Shown here: in pieces, positions 27,236-41,636 of the stretch | How the letters are laid out: each line of letters begins with the position of its first letter | Position numbering within the stretch: position 1 is the stretch's first letter | Assembly (NCBI GenBank): GCA_951406725.2 | Contig: OX597814.1 | Location: 99,014,001 to 99,078,000, forward strand | DNA from: Octopus vulgaris | Taxonomy: Eukaryota | Length of the DNA stretch: 64,000 nucleotides | Reading direction: 5' to 3' | Translations under genes and position numbers: made by a program | The notes under the pieces: model-generated | Database searches by the model: none | Seen by the model: the letters and a program-made list of their open reading frames with translations, nothing else | What the model was told of the DNA's origin: nothing

Positions 27236-28180
27236 ACACACATATATATATACACACATGTAATTTGCATGTTTTATGGTGCTTTCAGTGACTGGCAATG
27301 CAAAGATATTGATCAGAGCCGTAGTATGGTGAATGTAATCTATGATAATTCGTGTCTGAACCACAAAAGTCCATATGGATGATGATTATCTCTGATTTAT
27401 TTCACATTTATTATGAAGCAGATGAGAAACAAACACCTCCTTCAAACTTGGATCTACACATCTAGACAGTGACACGGCTATTAAAATATACTTTGAAGAG
27501 TTGAATAAACAACAAATTGGTTAAAGCATAGCCTAGTGCATAATTTAGTTGAGATGTTTCAAATTATAATTTATGCTGATAACTGATACCCTAATCTTCA
27601 TTTACATACCTATAACCCTTACTAAAGCACTATTGTTTAGGATTATTTCTATTCCCAGATTATTCTATTAACTTCTAAATGAATCTGGTGACGTTTCAAA
27701 TTTTGACAGCACATCCTATACTAAAAAGGGCATAAAAGCTATTTCGCTTTAATTCTAAATTTTTATTTTTCAAACACTACGTCAAGCATTTCTTATCAGA
27801 TACGTTGTACTAACTGTTTGTTATTAATTCTTATTAAATCAAACTTTGGTATACTTCATTAGTGCAATACTGAAATATATTAATAAATATTATGAAATGT
27901 AGACAGATATCTTGCAAAACAAATGGTAGTAAATAGAAAGAGTCTCTTCCTAAAGTCGTTAAAATTAGAAGAAAAGAAAGAACTAAACAGAAAATAATTA
28001 AATAATTTCTAGATAATAAAAAAAAATTTCTAAAAACGGAGAGAGAAAAACATGTGTAGGCATCAACGTGATGAAATAACTCATATATATATATGTATAT
28101 ATATCGTCTATCTGGATGTTTTGTTGTTTCTTTTTGTATCACCTAGTTGTCCGACTGTTTTGCGTTCTTGTCCCATTTTG

Positions 28181-28216
<36 letters not shown>

Positions 28217-29451
28217 CAAAATGTGTTCATTGTGTATATTTATCGTTAGTATGTGCCGGCAGATGCCAACCTATGCAAGTCATCGTTCTTAATTCTCGCT
28301 CTTCGCCGTGCATATCACGATTTATTATCGGTCGGTAAATATGAGCACCCGTCAGCAAACAGTTTCTTTGTTAAAGATACAAACAAGATCTTCGAGCTCT
28401 TGAAGATGAATTAATCCGGGTCACCTTTGGCTGACGCGATACAATGAATTCGAAACATTAGGGGTCACGAAGTCCCCTGCGCTAATGAATTGAGTTTGTT
28501 ATGAACACAAATTCATGTTTGCGTATATACACATACATATTTAATATAATACATATACATATGCATGCATACGCGCGCACACACACACACATGCAAAGAG
28601 ATGAATAAGACAGCATGGATTGAACGATAGTCTTTATTTCAGATCACTGCAATTTGAACTCAGAACGTAACAGCAGACGAAATACCGCTAAGCATTATGC
28701 CCGGCGTGCTAACGTTTCTACCAGCTCACCAATATTCCACCAATATTCTTTTGACCCATTGGTCTCAGTATGGTCAGCTTCGTTTGTAGGTATTTTTCTT
28801 TGTATGTAATTATGCATTTATGTATGCATGTATGCATGTATGCACATGAAAAAGACTGAAACACCGAAATCTCAATTGATTAAAAGTTGTAATAAATAAA
28901 TATCCAAGTTATACAGAAAATATTGTATTACACTGAAGGTGAAAAATTAACACACAGGGAAGTTTTTGCAACAGAATAGATGCTGCACAAAATTTATGTG
29001 ATTTGCTATGGCAATACTTCAAATTTAGATGACAAGCTTAAATCACTAATGCCCTTTTAGCACGATTCTTTTATTGAAACATATTTTTGCATCATATAAT
29101 TATAATTATACCAGTGTTAGAAAAAAAAATGTTATATTCACTCACGTGAACTCATGCATGCAAAACCGTACATATAAAGCCACTCAAACAAATACACACA
29201 AACTCAGTCACATATATGAGTGTGTAAATGTGTGTATATGTGAATGTATATCTATACATATAAGTATATATAAGTTTTCTTCGTGAATTACTCAATATTT
29301 TGTGCGCTTATTGAGAAGAGAAGAGGCTAGAAACATAAGTGCATGTTCTCTATGTATAATAGCTTGGGTTATCGTACTTGTTTATTTCTCTTGTAAATCG
29401 CTGGAATGAATCAAGCGGAAAAACACACATACACGCACACATTAGCATGCA

Positions 29452-29490
29452 TTGGTAGAAGGAAACTGAAAGAAGCCCGTCGTATATATG

Positions 29491-29556
<66 letters not shown>

Positions 29557-29786
29557 TATATGTTTGTGTGTCTGTGTTTGTCCTCCCCCCCAACATCGCT
29601 TGACTACCGATGCTGGTGCGTTTACGTCCCTGTAACTTAGCGGTTCGGCAAAAGAGACCGATAGAATAAGTACTAGGCTTACAAAGAATAAGTCCAGGGG
29701 TCGATTTGCTCGATCGACTAAAGGCGGTGCTCCAGCATGGCCACAATCAAATGACTGAAACAAGTAAAAGAGAGTAAAAGAGAGAG
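29452..29786 (+). mobile_element. Family-A SINE, 5' truncated
   Basis: Runs from ggaaactgaaagaagcccgtcg to aatgactgaaacaagtaaaagag. Confidence 0.85.
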
Positions 29787-29952
29787 TTATAACAATGATT
29801 TAACATTAAACTGAATACTTTTTTGGAGTACATATGTACTACACATTTAAAAGAAGGGTAGCTGTACCTTCGAAGATTCGAACTGCTATCCTTCGTCGAA
29901 CTGCATGTTTATACACATATACACGCACTCACGCACGCATGCACGCATACAT

Positions 29953-29996
<44 letters not shown>

Positions 29997-30016
29997 TATG
30001 TATGGGTGAGTGTGCG

Positions 30017-30066
<50 letters not shown>

Positions 30067-30067
<1 letters not shown>

Positions 30068-30433
30068 GAGCAAAACGCCCCCCGTCCAATGGACGGTACT
30101 GAGTTGTCAAACATTTAAACCAAATTTTCTCAAAACAACTTGTTCGATCGTCCCATAGGCCTCCCCTTGAGAAACACTGATTTAACCTAAAATTTAGACA
30201 CCAGCAAAAGAAGAAATATAGACATTTTTTGATGTACTTGTGCGTACAAATGCACGTTTCCACGGCTTTATCGATCGCATTCTCACCTGGAATCGATTTT
30301 TGTAATTTTTTCAAGATTTATACACGCCCTCATACCGTTGGTATCTACATATCAAATTTGAGCGCAATCGGATGGAGATTGCCCGAGATCCTAGAAGCTA
30401 CACACACAGACAGAACAGATTTTATATAACAGA
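30067..30433 (-). mobile_element. Non-autonomous Helitron-like element
   Basis: The minus-strand 5' end is a|tctgttatataaaatctg. A subterminal hairpin ccgtcc-aat-ggacgg (30082-30096) lies about 15 bp from a CTAG-like end (ctcg|t). Confidence 0.6.
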
Positions 30434-31072
30434 TACAGCGAGAGAGACCAGAATGAAAGAAAGAGAAAAAATATATATATAAACATATAATGTATATATT
30501 GAAAAAAATATTTGTACATATATTCTTTTATTGTATTATTCGTTTCAGTCATTTGACTACGGCAATGCTGGAGCACCGCCTTAAAGGGATTCCCACGAAC
30601 GAATTGACAACATAACTTATTTTTTAAGCCTAGGGCTTATTCTATCGATCTATTTTGCCGAACTATTATGTTACGTAGGTGTAAACACTTTAACACCAGT
30701 TGTCATGCAGTGATTGGAAACAAACACGGACAGAAACACACACACACACAAACATAAACACGGACAGAAACACACAAGATCCCAAACGCACGCGAATACA
30801 GAGATATAACATATTTTAAAGTTAGGGCTTGTTAAGCGTCAAATAACAAAAAAAAGCATTTACCTGATGAAAGAACTCGACACGAGCGATAGAGCATAAT
30901 TTATTGCATATAGGAGTTGAACGTGACGTCAATCTACGCCTCTCGCAGTTCATTTAGTCTTGTATAAAATATGTGTGTGAGTAAGTGCACGTATGTTATG
31001 CTTATACATCCATATATATATATATATATATACACATACATACATATATGTGTGTGTATGTATGTATATATG

Positions 31073-31110
<38 letters not shown>

Positions 31111-31312
31111 CATATCTCTCTATATGTATATACATATATATATTTATACGTATATATGTGTGTGTATATATATATATATATGTACATGTATATATATAAA
31201 CAAATATATATATATGTGTATATATATGTATATATATACATATATGTATGTATATAAGTATATAAATATATATATACGTATGTAAGTGTTTATGTACATA
31301 TATGTGTGTGTG

Positions 31313-31393
<81 letters not shown>

Positions 31394-31449
31394 GTGCATG
31401 TATATATATATATATATATATATACCTACACAAATATAGATATATTCCT

Positions 31450-31668
31450 GTATTTGTTTCAGCCATTTGACTGCGGCCATGATGGAGCACCGTGTTTAGT
31501 CGAACAAATCGACCCCAGGACTTATTCTTTGTAAGCTTCGTACTTATTCTATATGTCCCTTTTGCCGAACCACCAAATTACAGGGACATAAACACACCAA
31601 CATCGGTTGTAAAGCGATTGTTGGGGGACAAACACAGACACACAAACACAGACACACACACACACACT

Positions 31669-31706
<38 letters not shown>

Positions 31707-31867
31707 GGTGCAGGAGTGGATGTGTCATAAGTAGCTTGCTTACCAACCACATGGTCCCGGGTTCAGTCTTACTGCGTGGAATCTTGGGCAAGTGTCTTCT
31801 CCTATAGCCTCGGACTGACCAAAGCCTTGTGAGTGGATTTGGTGACGAAAACTGAAAGAAGCCCGTC

Positions 31868-31921
<54 letters not shown>

Positions 31922-32335
31922 GACGGGCTTGTTCTAGTTTCCGTCTACTAAATCCACGCACAAGGCTTTGGTTGGCCCCGGACTATAGTAGAAGACACTA
32001 GCCTAAGGTGCCACGCAGTGGGACGGAACCCGGAATCATGTGGTTTGGAAGCAAGCCTCTTAGCACACAGCCACAAATATATGTGCGTAAATATAAGCCT
32101 CCCACCAATACTATGGGCTCTTTTGTCGAACCGCTAAGTTACGGGAATGTAAATACACCAACATCGGTTGTCAAGCGATAGTGGGGAACAAACACAGACA
32201 CACAAACATATACAATGGGCTTCTTTCAGTTTCCATCTACCAAATCCAGTCACAAGGATTTGGTCGGCAAGACTTGCTGTGGGACTGAACCCGGAACCAT
32301 GTGGTTAGGATCAAGTTTCATACCACACAGCTACA
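31450..32335. mobile_element. Nested and inverted family-A SINE cluster
   Basis: A minus copy (31450-32075) is split at its internal microsatellite by a plus-strand 5' half (about 31708-31870). A further minus copy lies at about 32115-32333. Confidence 0.82.
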
Positions 32336-32336
32336 A

Positions 32337-32404
<68 letters not shown>

Positions 32405-33278
32405 AATATATATAAATGTTTTATACAGATACACATACGTACACACTTGCGCATACACACGATTTTCGTATCTTGTATGTGTGTCCCAAGAAGCACGTGA
32501 ATATTTGGTAAAGAAACTTCTATAAAAATTACTATGAAAATTGCGTCCAATATAAAGCAGTGATAATGGGAATATAACATACGGGTACGTATACTTCTTT
32601 GTAGATAGAGATATGCGTGTGAATGTGTGCGCATGTCAGCTTGTGTGTGTGGGCGCGTGTGTGTATGTGGGTGTATGTGTGTGTATGCGTGTGTGTAACT
32701 GTGCATGTGCACGTCTGTTTACACGTGCGTCCCTCTGTGTGCGCATGTATGTGTGTGTGTGAGTGTGTTTGCATTTGTGTGTGTTTGTTTATGGTTGATT
32801 TAAAGTTTAGGGAGGAATATTAAGTTTTCAATGAATTCCACCCACTGATTTTCCGATAAATTGGGGTAAACGTACGACTTTGCACTGGTTGACACGAGCA
32901 CTGTTATCGATCTTGCTCCCTCTCTCGTCAAGGCCAGCATTTATGATATCCGTCTGCATTGAAACTGTTGATCGCTGGTTAGGAATCAGCTTGCGAAGTG
33001 AATTAATGTGACTTGGGTATCAATATATAACCGTAATACGAAAGCGTAGATGTAACAGCATACGACAACGAACGGAAACGATTACTTGTGAAAGGCTTTC
33101 TGACGCGTATATGATGCATATACCTTAACATGCATACAAATATATACACAAACACACACATAAGTATTCGCACAGAAGCTCACACAAACACACACACACA
33201 CATATATATATATATCTGTCTAGAGGAAACAAGATACAAACATATACATCGATATGTGTATGTGTGCGCGCGTCTGTG

Positions 33279-33327
<49 letters not shown>

Positions 33328-33337
33328 CTGTGTGTGT

Positions 33338-33740
33338 CTGTGTGGTAAGAAGCTCGCTTCCCCATATGGTTCCGGGTTCAGTACCACTGCGCGGCATCTT
33401 GGGCAAGTATCTCCTCCCATAGCCTCGAGCCGACCAAAGCTTTGTGAGTAGATCTGATAAGCGGAAACTGAAAGAAACCCGTCGTGTATATGTGTGTGTG
33501 TGTGTGCATATATCTATGGGTGCGTGTCTTTCTATTTTTCAGTGTCTCCTACCAACGCTTGACAACCGGTGTTGGTGTGTTTAAGTCCCTGTAATTTAAG
33601 AGTTCGGCAAAAGTGACTGACAGAATAAGAAATCGGCTTTAAAAAAAGTATAAGTCGTAGGGTCGTTTTGTTTGACTAAAAGACCCTTCAAGCGGTGCTC
33701 CAGCATGGCCGCAATCAAATGACTGAAACAAGTAAAAGAT
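33338..33740 (+). mobile_element. Family-A SINE
   Basis: Runs from ctgtgtggtaagaagctcgcttcccatatggttccgggttcag to aatgactgaaacaagtaaaag. Confidence 0.85.
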
Positions 33741-34625
33741 ATATTTCTTTATCGATCCACACAGGGCCGAACACAGAGTGGGATAATACAATGTAGAAAT
33801 TTTCTTTTTAAAACCGATCAATAGGGATCGAAAATGTTTTAGGACTTGTACACAAAAGATACCAAGGTAACGTTTGAAGAACAGAAATTCCCAAAAGGGG
33901 GAGAGAAAATAACACTGACTAGGGTTATCCGTAGAAAGAAAAACCTACGAAAAACCCACGGTAACTTCGGAAAAAACCACGAGAGCAAAGCACCTTTTCT
34001 CTTTTTTGTTTTATAGGTTCATGCTCAAAGTGGGTCCGTCAATTATGCATACCATCTTTGCTACATTCACCCACCTTTTATTAAACTTTTCATGCGACAA
34101 AACTTCCCCCTTTATATACGTATATGTATATATGTAGGAATGTATATATATGTGTGCGCTTGCATGTGTTAGTACATACATACATAATACATACATACCT
34201 ACATACATGCATACATACATACATAGACATAAATATTTATAAATATTTATACATGCACGTACATGCATATTAATAACGGCAGGTATTTTATACAACGGCA
34301 ATTGCGTTACCGATTTAAATACAATTATAATGTGCAAGCTGATATGCTTATTATGTATTTGGTCAAAACTTTAGTTATAAATTTGAAGATTTAAAAAATT
34401 AGTCGTTTGTAACGTAAAGCTGAAGATTCAAGATATTTAATATAAGGCAGAAGTGAATGATTTATAGTTATAAGGATTAAAATAAGACAAACATGAAACA
34501 TAAAAGCATACATACATACATACATATATACGTACATATATACTACATACATACATACACATATACATACATATAATATATATATGGAGAGAGATAGAGA
34601 GAAATAAATAGATAGATAGATAGAA

Positions 34626-34706
<81 letters not shown>

Positions 34707-35581
34707 CTCTCATATTTATGTACGTAGACGTGGAAGAATACAAGAATAAGAAGCATGAAAGAGAGATGAAGTAAAAGATATAAAAGAAGGGAATGAATAA
34801 CGAAAGAGTAAAGATGATGAAGAAACAAAAAATAAAAGGGAAAGATGGAAGATGGATAAACGGGCAGGTCGCACAAAACAGCAAAAGAAGAGTGAGAAAG
34901 AGAAGTGGATGGAATTAGTGTGTATGTCATTACAATAATACGTTGACTAACATAAGTTACAATGGCGTAATAGAGAAACCCTATAATTATGAAGGAGGAG
35001 GAAGTAAATTAATAAGAAAATATAAGGAATAAAAATATACATATATGAATGTCAGACTAAGAAGGAAAGAAGTGAAAGTCAAACAGACAGAGGGATGTAA
35101 GAGAAAGGAGGTAGATGTATTTATAGCTTACGGGGAAGGAAAGAATTAAGTTCACTCATTTTGTGTTGATCAGTCATTTATGGTTAAATACTCCTCACGA
35201 TTAAAAAGCCAAGCAATTGACTCTAATTATGCGCACTAGTGCGTAGATTAAATCAATAGTAACAATAATATGTAAGTATACAAACAGATACATCGTTTAT
35301 TCAGAAACAACGGTGGTTCGTTTGTTTTATGGCTTAGTCAGAGGATGAAAGGTGGCGCCATCGATATTTTGCAGAGCCAATGAGAATAATAGAAAGAGAG
35401 GAAGAAAATTCACAATAGAAACTTGAACCACGACGAATAATTGCAACAGCGTGTTTAGACCAGGTGTTGCTCTGAATCTTGGGGTCAGATTAGCTCTGCC
35501 GTACAAATACAGTGCTTGTCCACCGTATTTGTACGTATTCGTTGAATGAGAATGAAAATCAACATATATGCATGTGCAGTT

Positions 35582-36160
<579 letters not shown>

Positions 36161-36634
36161 AGACGTATATGAAATCATCCTTCGCTAAATTAGTGGTTGC
36201 GTTGGAAACCTTGCTCCTGTTTCAGCCATATTTATGCACGCAGACGTGGAAGAATAGAAGAACAAGAAACATGAAAGGGACATGAAAGAAAATATCTAAG
36301 AGAAGCGAATGAGTAATGAAGGAGTAAGATGATGAGAGAAAAGGGAAAAGTTTGAGGAGGGAGAGACGGGCAGGTCGTAGAAAACGGATTATACTCTTTC
36401 AAGAACTACATTTTAGCGGTTAGCATTGTTGGTCATTTCCCCTTCATAGCTGGGCCTCGACAGACACATCTCTGCTGCATTCCTGGAATAACCCTTCGTT
36501 CTGTAAGAATTACATTCTCATCTGACGATTACGGTCTTTTATAATGATGTAATGTTTCTAATTCTTCATTAAGGGTTACGCAAGAAACAGCTGTAATGAG
36601 CTGACAATTATCCATCGTAGGCGAGATATGACCT

Positions 36635-36976
36635 TCATCATCATCATCATCATCATCATTTAACGTCCGCTTTCCATGCTAGCATGGGTTGGGACGGTTC
36701 AACTGGGGTCTGGGGAGCCCGAAGGCTGCACCAGGCCAGTCAGATCTGGCAGTGTTTCTACAGCTGGATGCCCTTCCTAACGCCAACCACTCCGAGAGTG
36801 TAGTGGGTGATTTTATGTGCCACCGATACAGGTGCCAGACGAGGCTGGCGAACGGCCACGCTCGGATTTGTTTTTTTTATGTGCCATCGACACAGCACGC
36901 TCGGATGGTGCTTTTTTATGTGCCACCGACACAGGTACCAGACGAGGCTGGCAGACGGCCACGCTCGGATGGTGTT
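36635..36976 (-). mobile_element. RTE LINE 3' UTR fragment with (TGA)n tail
   Basis: Matches 42819-43090 (tcatcatcat...ttccatgctagcatgggttgg...gatgcccttcctaacgccaaccactccg). Contains internal repeats. Confidence 0.8.
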
Positions 36977-37661
36977 GCTATATATTGCTAGTTTATATAA
37001 GAAATTTTAGTCGTAGCATCAGATTTTTGGAAAAGCTAAAACGATACCTTATGAGCAACGATTTTGTTCCCAACCTGATCCGAATCGAATCTATCGCAAG
37101 TCACGTTTACGAGAACCGCTGATTAGATTCCCAGGTGACACGATGGGGGGAAAACAAAAGAAAAATATAAATAAAGCCCTACAGTCAGGAACTTGATATA
37201 TGCAGATATTTCCACCCCACAAAATAAATAGATAAATACAAAATTTGAAACAAAACTCACACAACTCAAGGGTTTATTATGCCACATCCCATAGAAAAAA
37301 AACCTTTAATAAGTAAACTCTGTCTTGCCACAAACTATTTGCATACATGCACATCTACATCTATATGTGTAAGTATACACTCCAATCAATATATGTACAT
37401 ACACGTGTGTGTGCATGTGTGTGTGCGTGTGTGTGTACATGTGTGTGTGTACATGTGTGTGTGTGCATGTGTGTGTGTGCGTGTGTGTGCATGTGTGTGC
37501 GTGCGTGTATCTGCACGTGTATGTGCGTGTTTACTTCTTATGTACATATGTACACTTATACACATATCTCTACTTCTATGTATATGTGTCTTTTTAAGTT
37601 TGCATAGCTTGCTATGTGTATAACTATGCTATGCTTGCATTTACGTATGAGTATGTATGTA

Positions 37662-37751
<90 letters not shown>

Positions 37752-37754
37752 CAT

Positions 37755-37851
<97 letters not shown>

Positions 37852-37999
37852 CAGAAAGATACTGCGCAAAGTTTGAAATACATACATATATACACAAGAA
37901 GGCATATCGTGTTCAAACACGTTATAAATGTTCAGATATACATGTGTGCATGATTGTGTGCGTGAATCTGGGCGTGAGTGTGTGCGTGTGTGTGCGTGT

Positions 38000-38037
<38 letters not shown>

Positions 38038-38951
38038 GTGTGTGTGTGCATTCGTTTATATGTGTTTGTGTGTTTCATATAAGTTTCAATGATTCATTCA
38101 TTAATAAATAATTATCCATTGAAATAAATGAACATGATGAAAACAATAACAAAAAACAATAACAACAAAGACAACTAAAAAAGTAATAAAAACAGAACAG
38201 AGAGAAAATTTTTTTTATAAAACAACATAGCTTAAAAACATCAAAATATACAATGAGTTAGCCCATATCTTTCAGTTACCCCCGAAACTGAAAATGTCTT
38301 CCAACATTCTTAATAGAAAGGAATTTACTGACAGGAACCCCCCAAACTGACATTGAACCAAAATAATGGAACTTAAAATGTAAAACAATGAACAAAAATA
38401 TCGAAAAATCATGGTAAAATAAAAGAAAGTATTGACTTTAGGAGTAAATATTTGCATATTAATAAAGTTGTGGGGTGAATTTGGAGATGTCAAAAGAGAA
38501 GAAGAAAATAAAAGAGATTACCCACGCACGCAAGCACGGATGCACACACACACACACACAAATACACACACAAACACACACACATACACACACATACTAA
38601 CACACACATGCACGCGTAAACACACACATATGTATAAAACGCAAACATATACAACAAGGTAATAGTAGAGAGGCCATGTCATTGATGAGATCGTGATGAG
38701 CAACGAAAGGACATTGACATAACTTGCTTCGTAGATTGATTAATCAAACAGTCGAGTATTAATTAGTTAAGTCTCAAACAACTGACTAATGACAATAATA
38801 ATATAAGAAGTGAAACAGAACAATTATCTAAGTTTGTTATTGACGCAATGATCCTCACGAGATAAAACAATATTTATGTATGTTTATATATATATACATA
38901 TATAAACACACACGCACACATACAAACAAACACACACACAGACACACATTG

Positions 38952-39100
38952 GCGCAGGCATGGCTGTGTGGTAAGAAGTTTGCTTCCCAACCACATGATT
39001 CCCGGTTCAGTCCTACTGCGTGGTATCTTGGACAAGTGTCTTTTCAGCAGCGTTGGCTGAGCAAAGTCCTGTGAATGAATTTGGTAGACGGAAACTGAAG
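38952..39100 (+). mobile_element. Family-A SINE, 5' half
   Basis: ggcgcaggcatggctgtgtggtaagaagtttgcttcccaaccacatg...gacggaaactgaag. Confidence 0.82.
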
Positions 39101-39118
39101 GTACACGTTCTATGTTTG

Positions 39119-39207
<89 letters not shown>

Positions 39208-39807
39208 ATGTATGCATGTAAATATGTGTATGTGTCTACTGTGCGTGTGTCTGTGTGTGAGTGTGTATGGTAGAGCTGAAATTGATCTCTGTCGCTACTC
39301 TGAGCTTTAGGAGGATTTTTGATCACGTAACTTAATATGAAATGTAATGCTCTTCAGAGTCATTTTTATCCGCTGATGATAGTGTGTGTGGCTATATTAT
39401 CTTCGAAAGACTGATTACCAGAAGCATGAATTCTACCTCTGGAGGAGTTATGCAATATTTTATATAATGTAGTTATACCAACAAATATATCTATTTCTTA
39501 TTTGTAAATACATCCCCGCCTCTCTCTCTGTCTCTCTCTTTCTCTCTTTTTCTTTCTCTGTTGGTGTGTGTGTGTGAGTATGCATTTTGAAGCGTAAGTT
39601 GGCTGGACATTCAAGTTTCTTCTATCATCTTGTTCAACCAGACTGGCTGGACAAGCCGAAGGGAAAACCTCGAAGTCCCAGTCAACTGAGCAACATCATT
39701 TTTATGATGTATTTGACAGTTTTCTCAGTTCCGTTGCTACTTTTAAACTTACTTTAAAGTAAGAAGCATACCTTCAAACAAACGAGTACACATACACATA
39801 AGGATAC

Positions 39808-39867
<60 letters not shown>

Positions 39868-39928
39868 GTATATATGTACAAGTACAATCGATATCAATTT
39901 ATATATCTACTTCTCTCTCTCTCTGCAT

Positions 39929-39966
<38 letters not shown>

Positions 39967-40513
39967 ATATACATCGATACTAAAATCTTTTTGATTTTAT
40001 CTTTATCTACATATTTCTATATATCTTTAGAATTTATCTATTTCTTTTGACTGTCAGTTCCGAAGGTACACATATGATATCTTTTCACTTAAGGGAAAGG
40101 TTATAGAATTCGTAGAACACATGATATTATCTGAAGATGATGATGATGATGACGACGATGACGACGTTGATGTTGATGATGGTGATGATAATAATGATGG
40201 TGCAGGTGGTGGTGGTGTTAGTGGTGATGGTGATGATGATGATGGACTCTCGTAGTTCGAGAAAGTTAGTTCTACAGTTTTCTTGTTGAACAACCTACGC
40301 AGTTGATTTTGTTTATAGTGATCAAATAATTCTGCTGTACATTTGCTCGCTCCCTTCATCAAATTGACGTTATCTGACCAGGTGTACAGTGTGCCATACA
40401 TCAGGTGCCAAACTAGTCGCAGAGCAACGTGTGTTTGGAGTGTTTTGCTCGAGAGCACAGCATGGCACACGAGCCAGGAACTGAAATCACGATCTTCGCG
40501 ATCGTGATTGCGG

Positions 40514-41006
40514 TAGGTCGTTCGCCCTCATTAGGTCATTCGCCCTCATTAGGTCATTCGCCCTCATTAGGTCATTCGCCCTCATTAGGTCATTCGCTCT
40601 CATTAGGTCATTCGCCCTCAGGTCATTCGCCCTCAGGTCATTCGCCCCCGTTACATCATTCGCCCTCATTAGGCCATTCGCCCTCATTAGGCCATTCGCC
40701 CTCAGGTCATTCGCCCCCGTTACATCATTCGCCCTCATTAGGTCATTCGCCCCCGTTACATCATTCGCCCTCATTAGGTCATTCGCCCTCATTAGGTCAT
40801 TCGCTCTAATTAGGTCATTCGCCCTCATTAGGTCATTCTCTCTCATTAGGTCATTCGCCCCGTTACATGATTCGCCCTCATTAGGTCATTCGCCCTCATT
40901 AGGTCATTCACCTCCGTTACGTCATTCGCCATTATTAGGCCATTCGCCCTCATTAGGTCATTCGCTCTCATTAGGTCATTCGCCTTCATTAGGCCATTCG
41001 CCCTCA
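40514..41006. repeat. 18 bp minisatellite (ttaggtcattcgccctca), about 28 units, fused to a minus-strand SINE at about 40295-40513
   Basis: Units directly visible, with 15 bp and ttacatcatt variants. Confidence 0.95.
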
Positions 41007-41258
41007 CATGATAATATCTAAAAGTTATTTAATTAGTCAAACTAAAGACCTATAAATAATTATAAATAATAACAAGGTCTGCATCAAAGCACAGCTTACT
41101 CTCTTAAAGAGAGAATGCAGTGAAGATGTAGTGTTAGTTGCACATTAAGATTATCAAGCTCAGGACTTCCATGTCATTCCCTCAATATGTATAGCGTCAT
41201 CTTGAGGCAACTAAATGCTGGGTAATTACCCAAGAGTCCCAGAATTATAGTGGTCTAA

Positions 41259-41310
<52 letters not shown>

Positions 41311-41525
41311 ATCATTATAGATATAGGGTAAAAAATTATTAATTTATAATTAATAAATTTTACTAAGTAGTTTCGGCATGGAAAAGAACCATATTCGGTA
41401 AAAACTTATACAAGAAGTTTTATATATAATTATAACAATAATTAAGGGTTTAGCAACAAGTTGCTTCACCACATACCGAAAATTTAGAAATAGCAGCCAA
41501 AATTTGCTAAGCCCTTAATTATTGT

Positions 41526-41564
<39 letters not shown>

Positions 41565-41591
41565 GTGTATATATATATATATGTATGTATG

Positions 41592-41636
<45 letters not shown>

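Noticed and set aside
30860-30895. ctgatga motif (also 39372-39415) as a hammerhead
   Set aside because: GAAA is missing or the stems do not pair, so it is indistinguishable from chance.
40429-40846. ORFs with SLGHSP or MRANDL repeats
   Set aside because: By-product of an 18 bp SINE-derived minisatellite.
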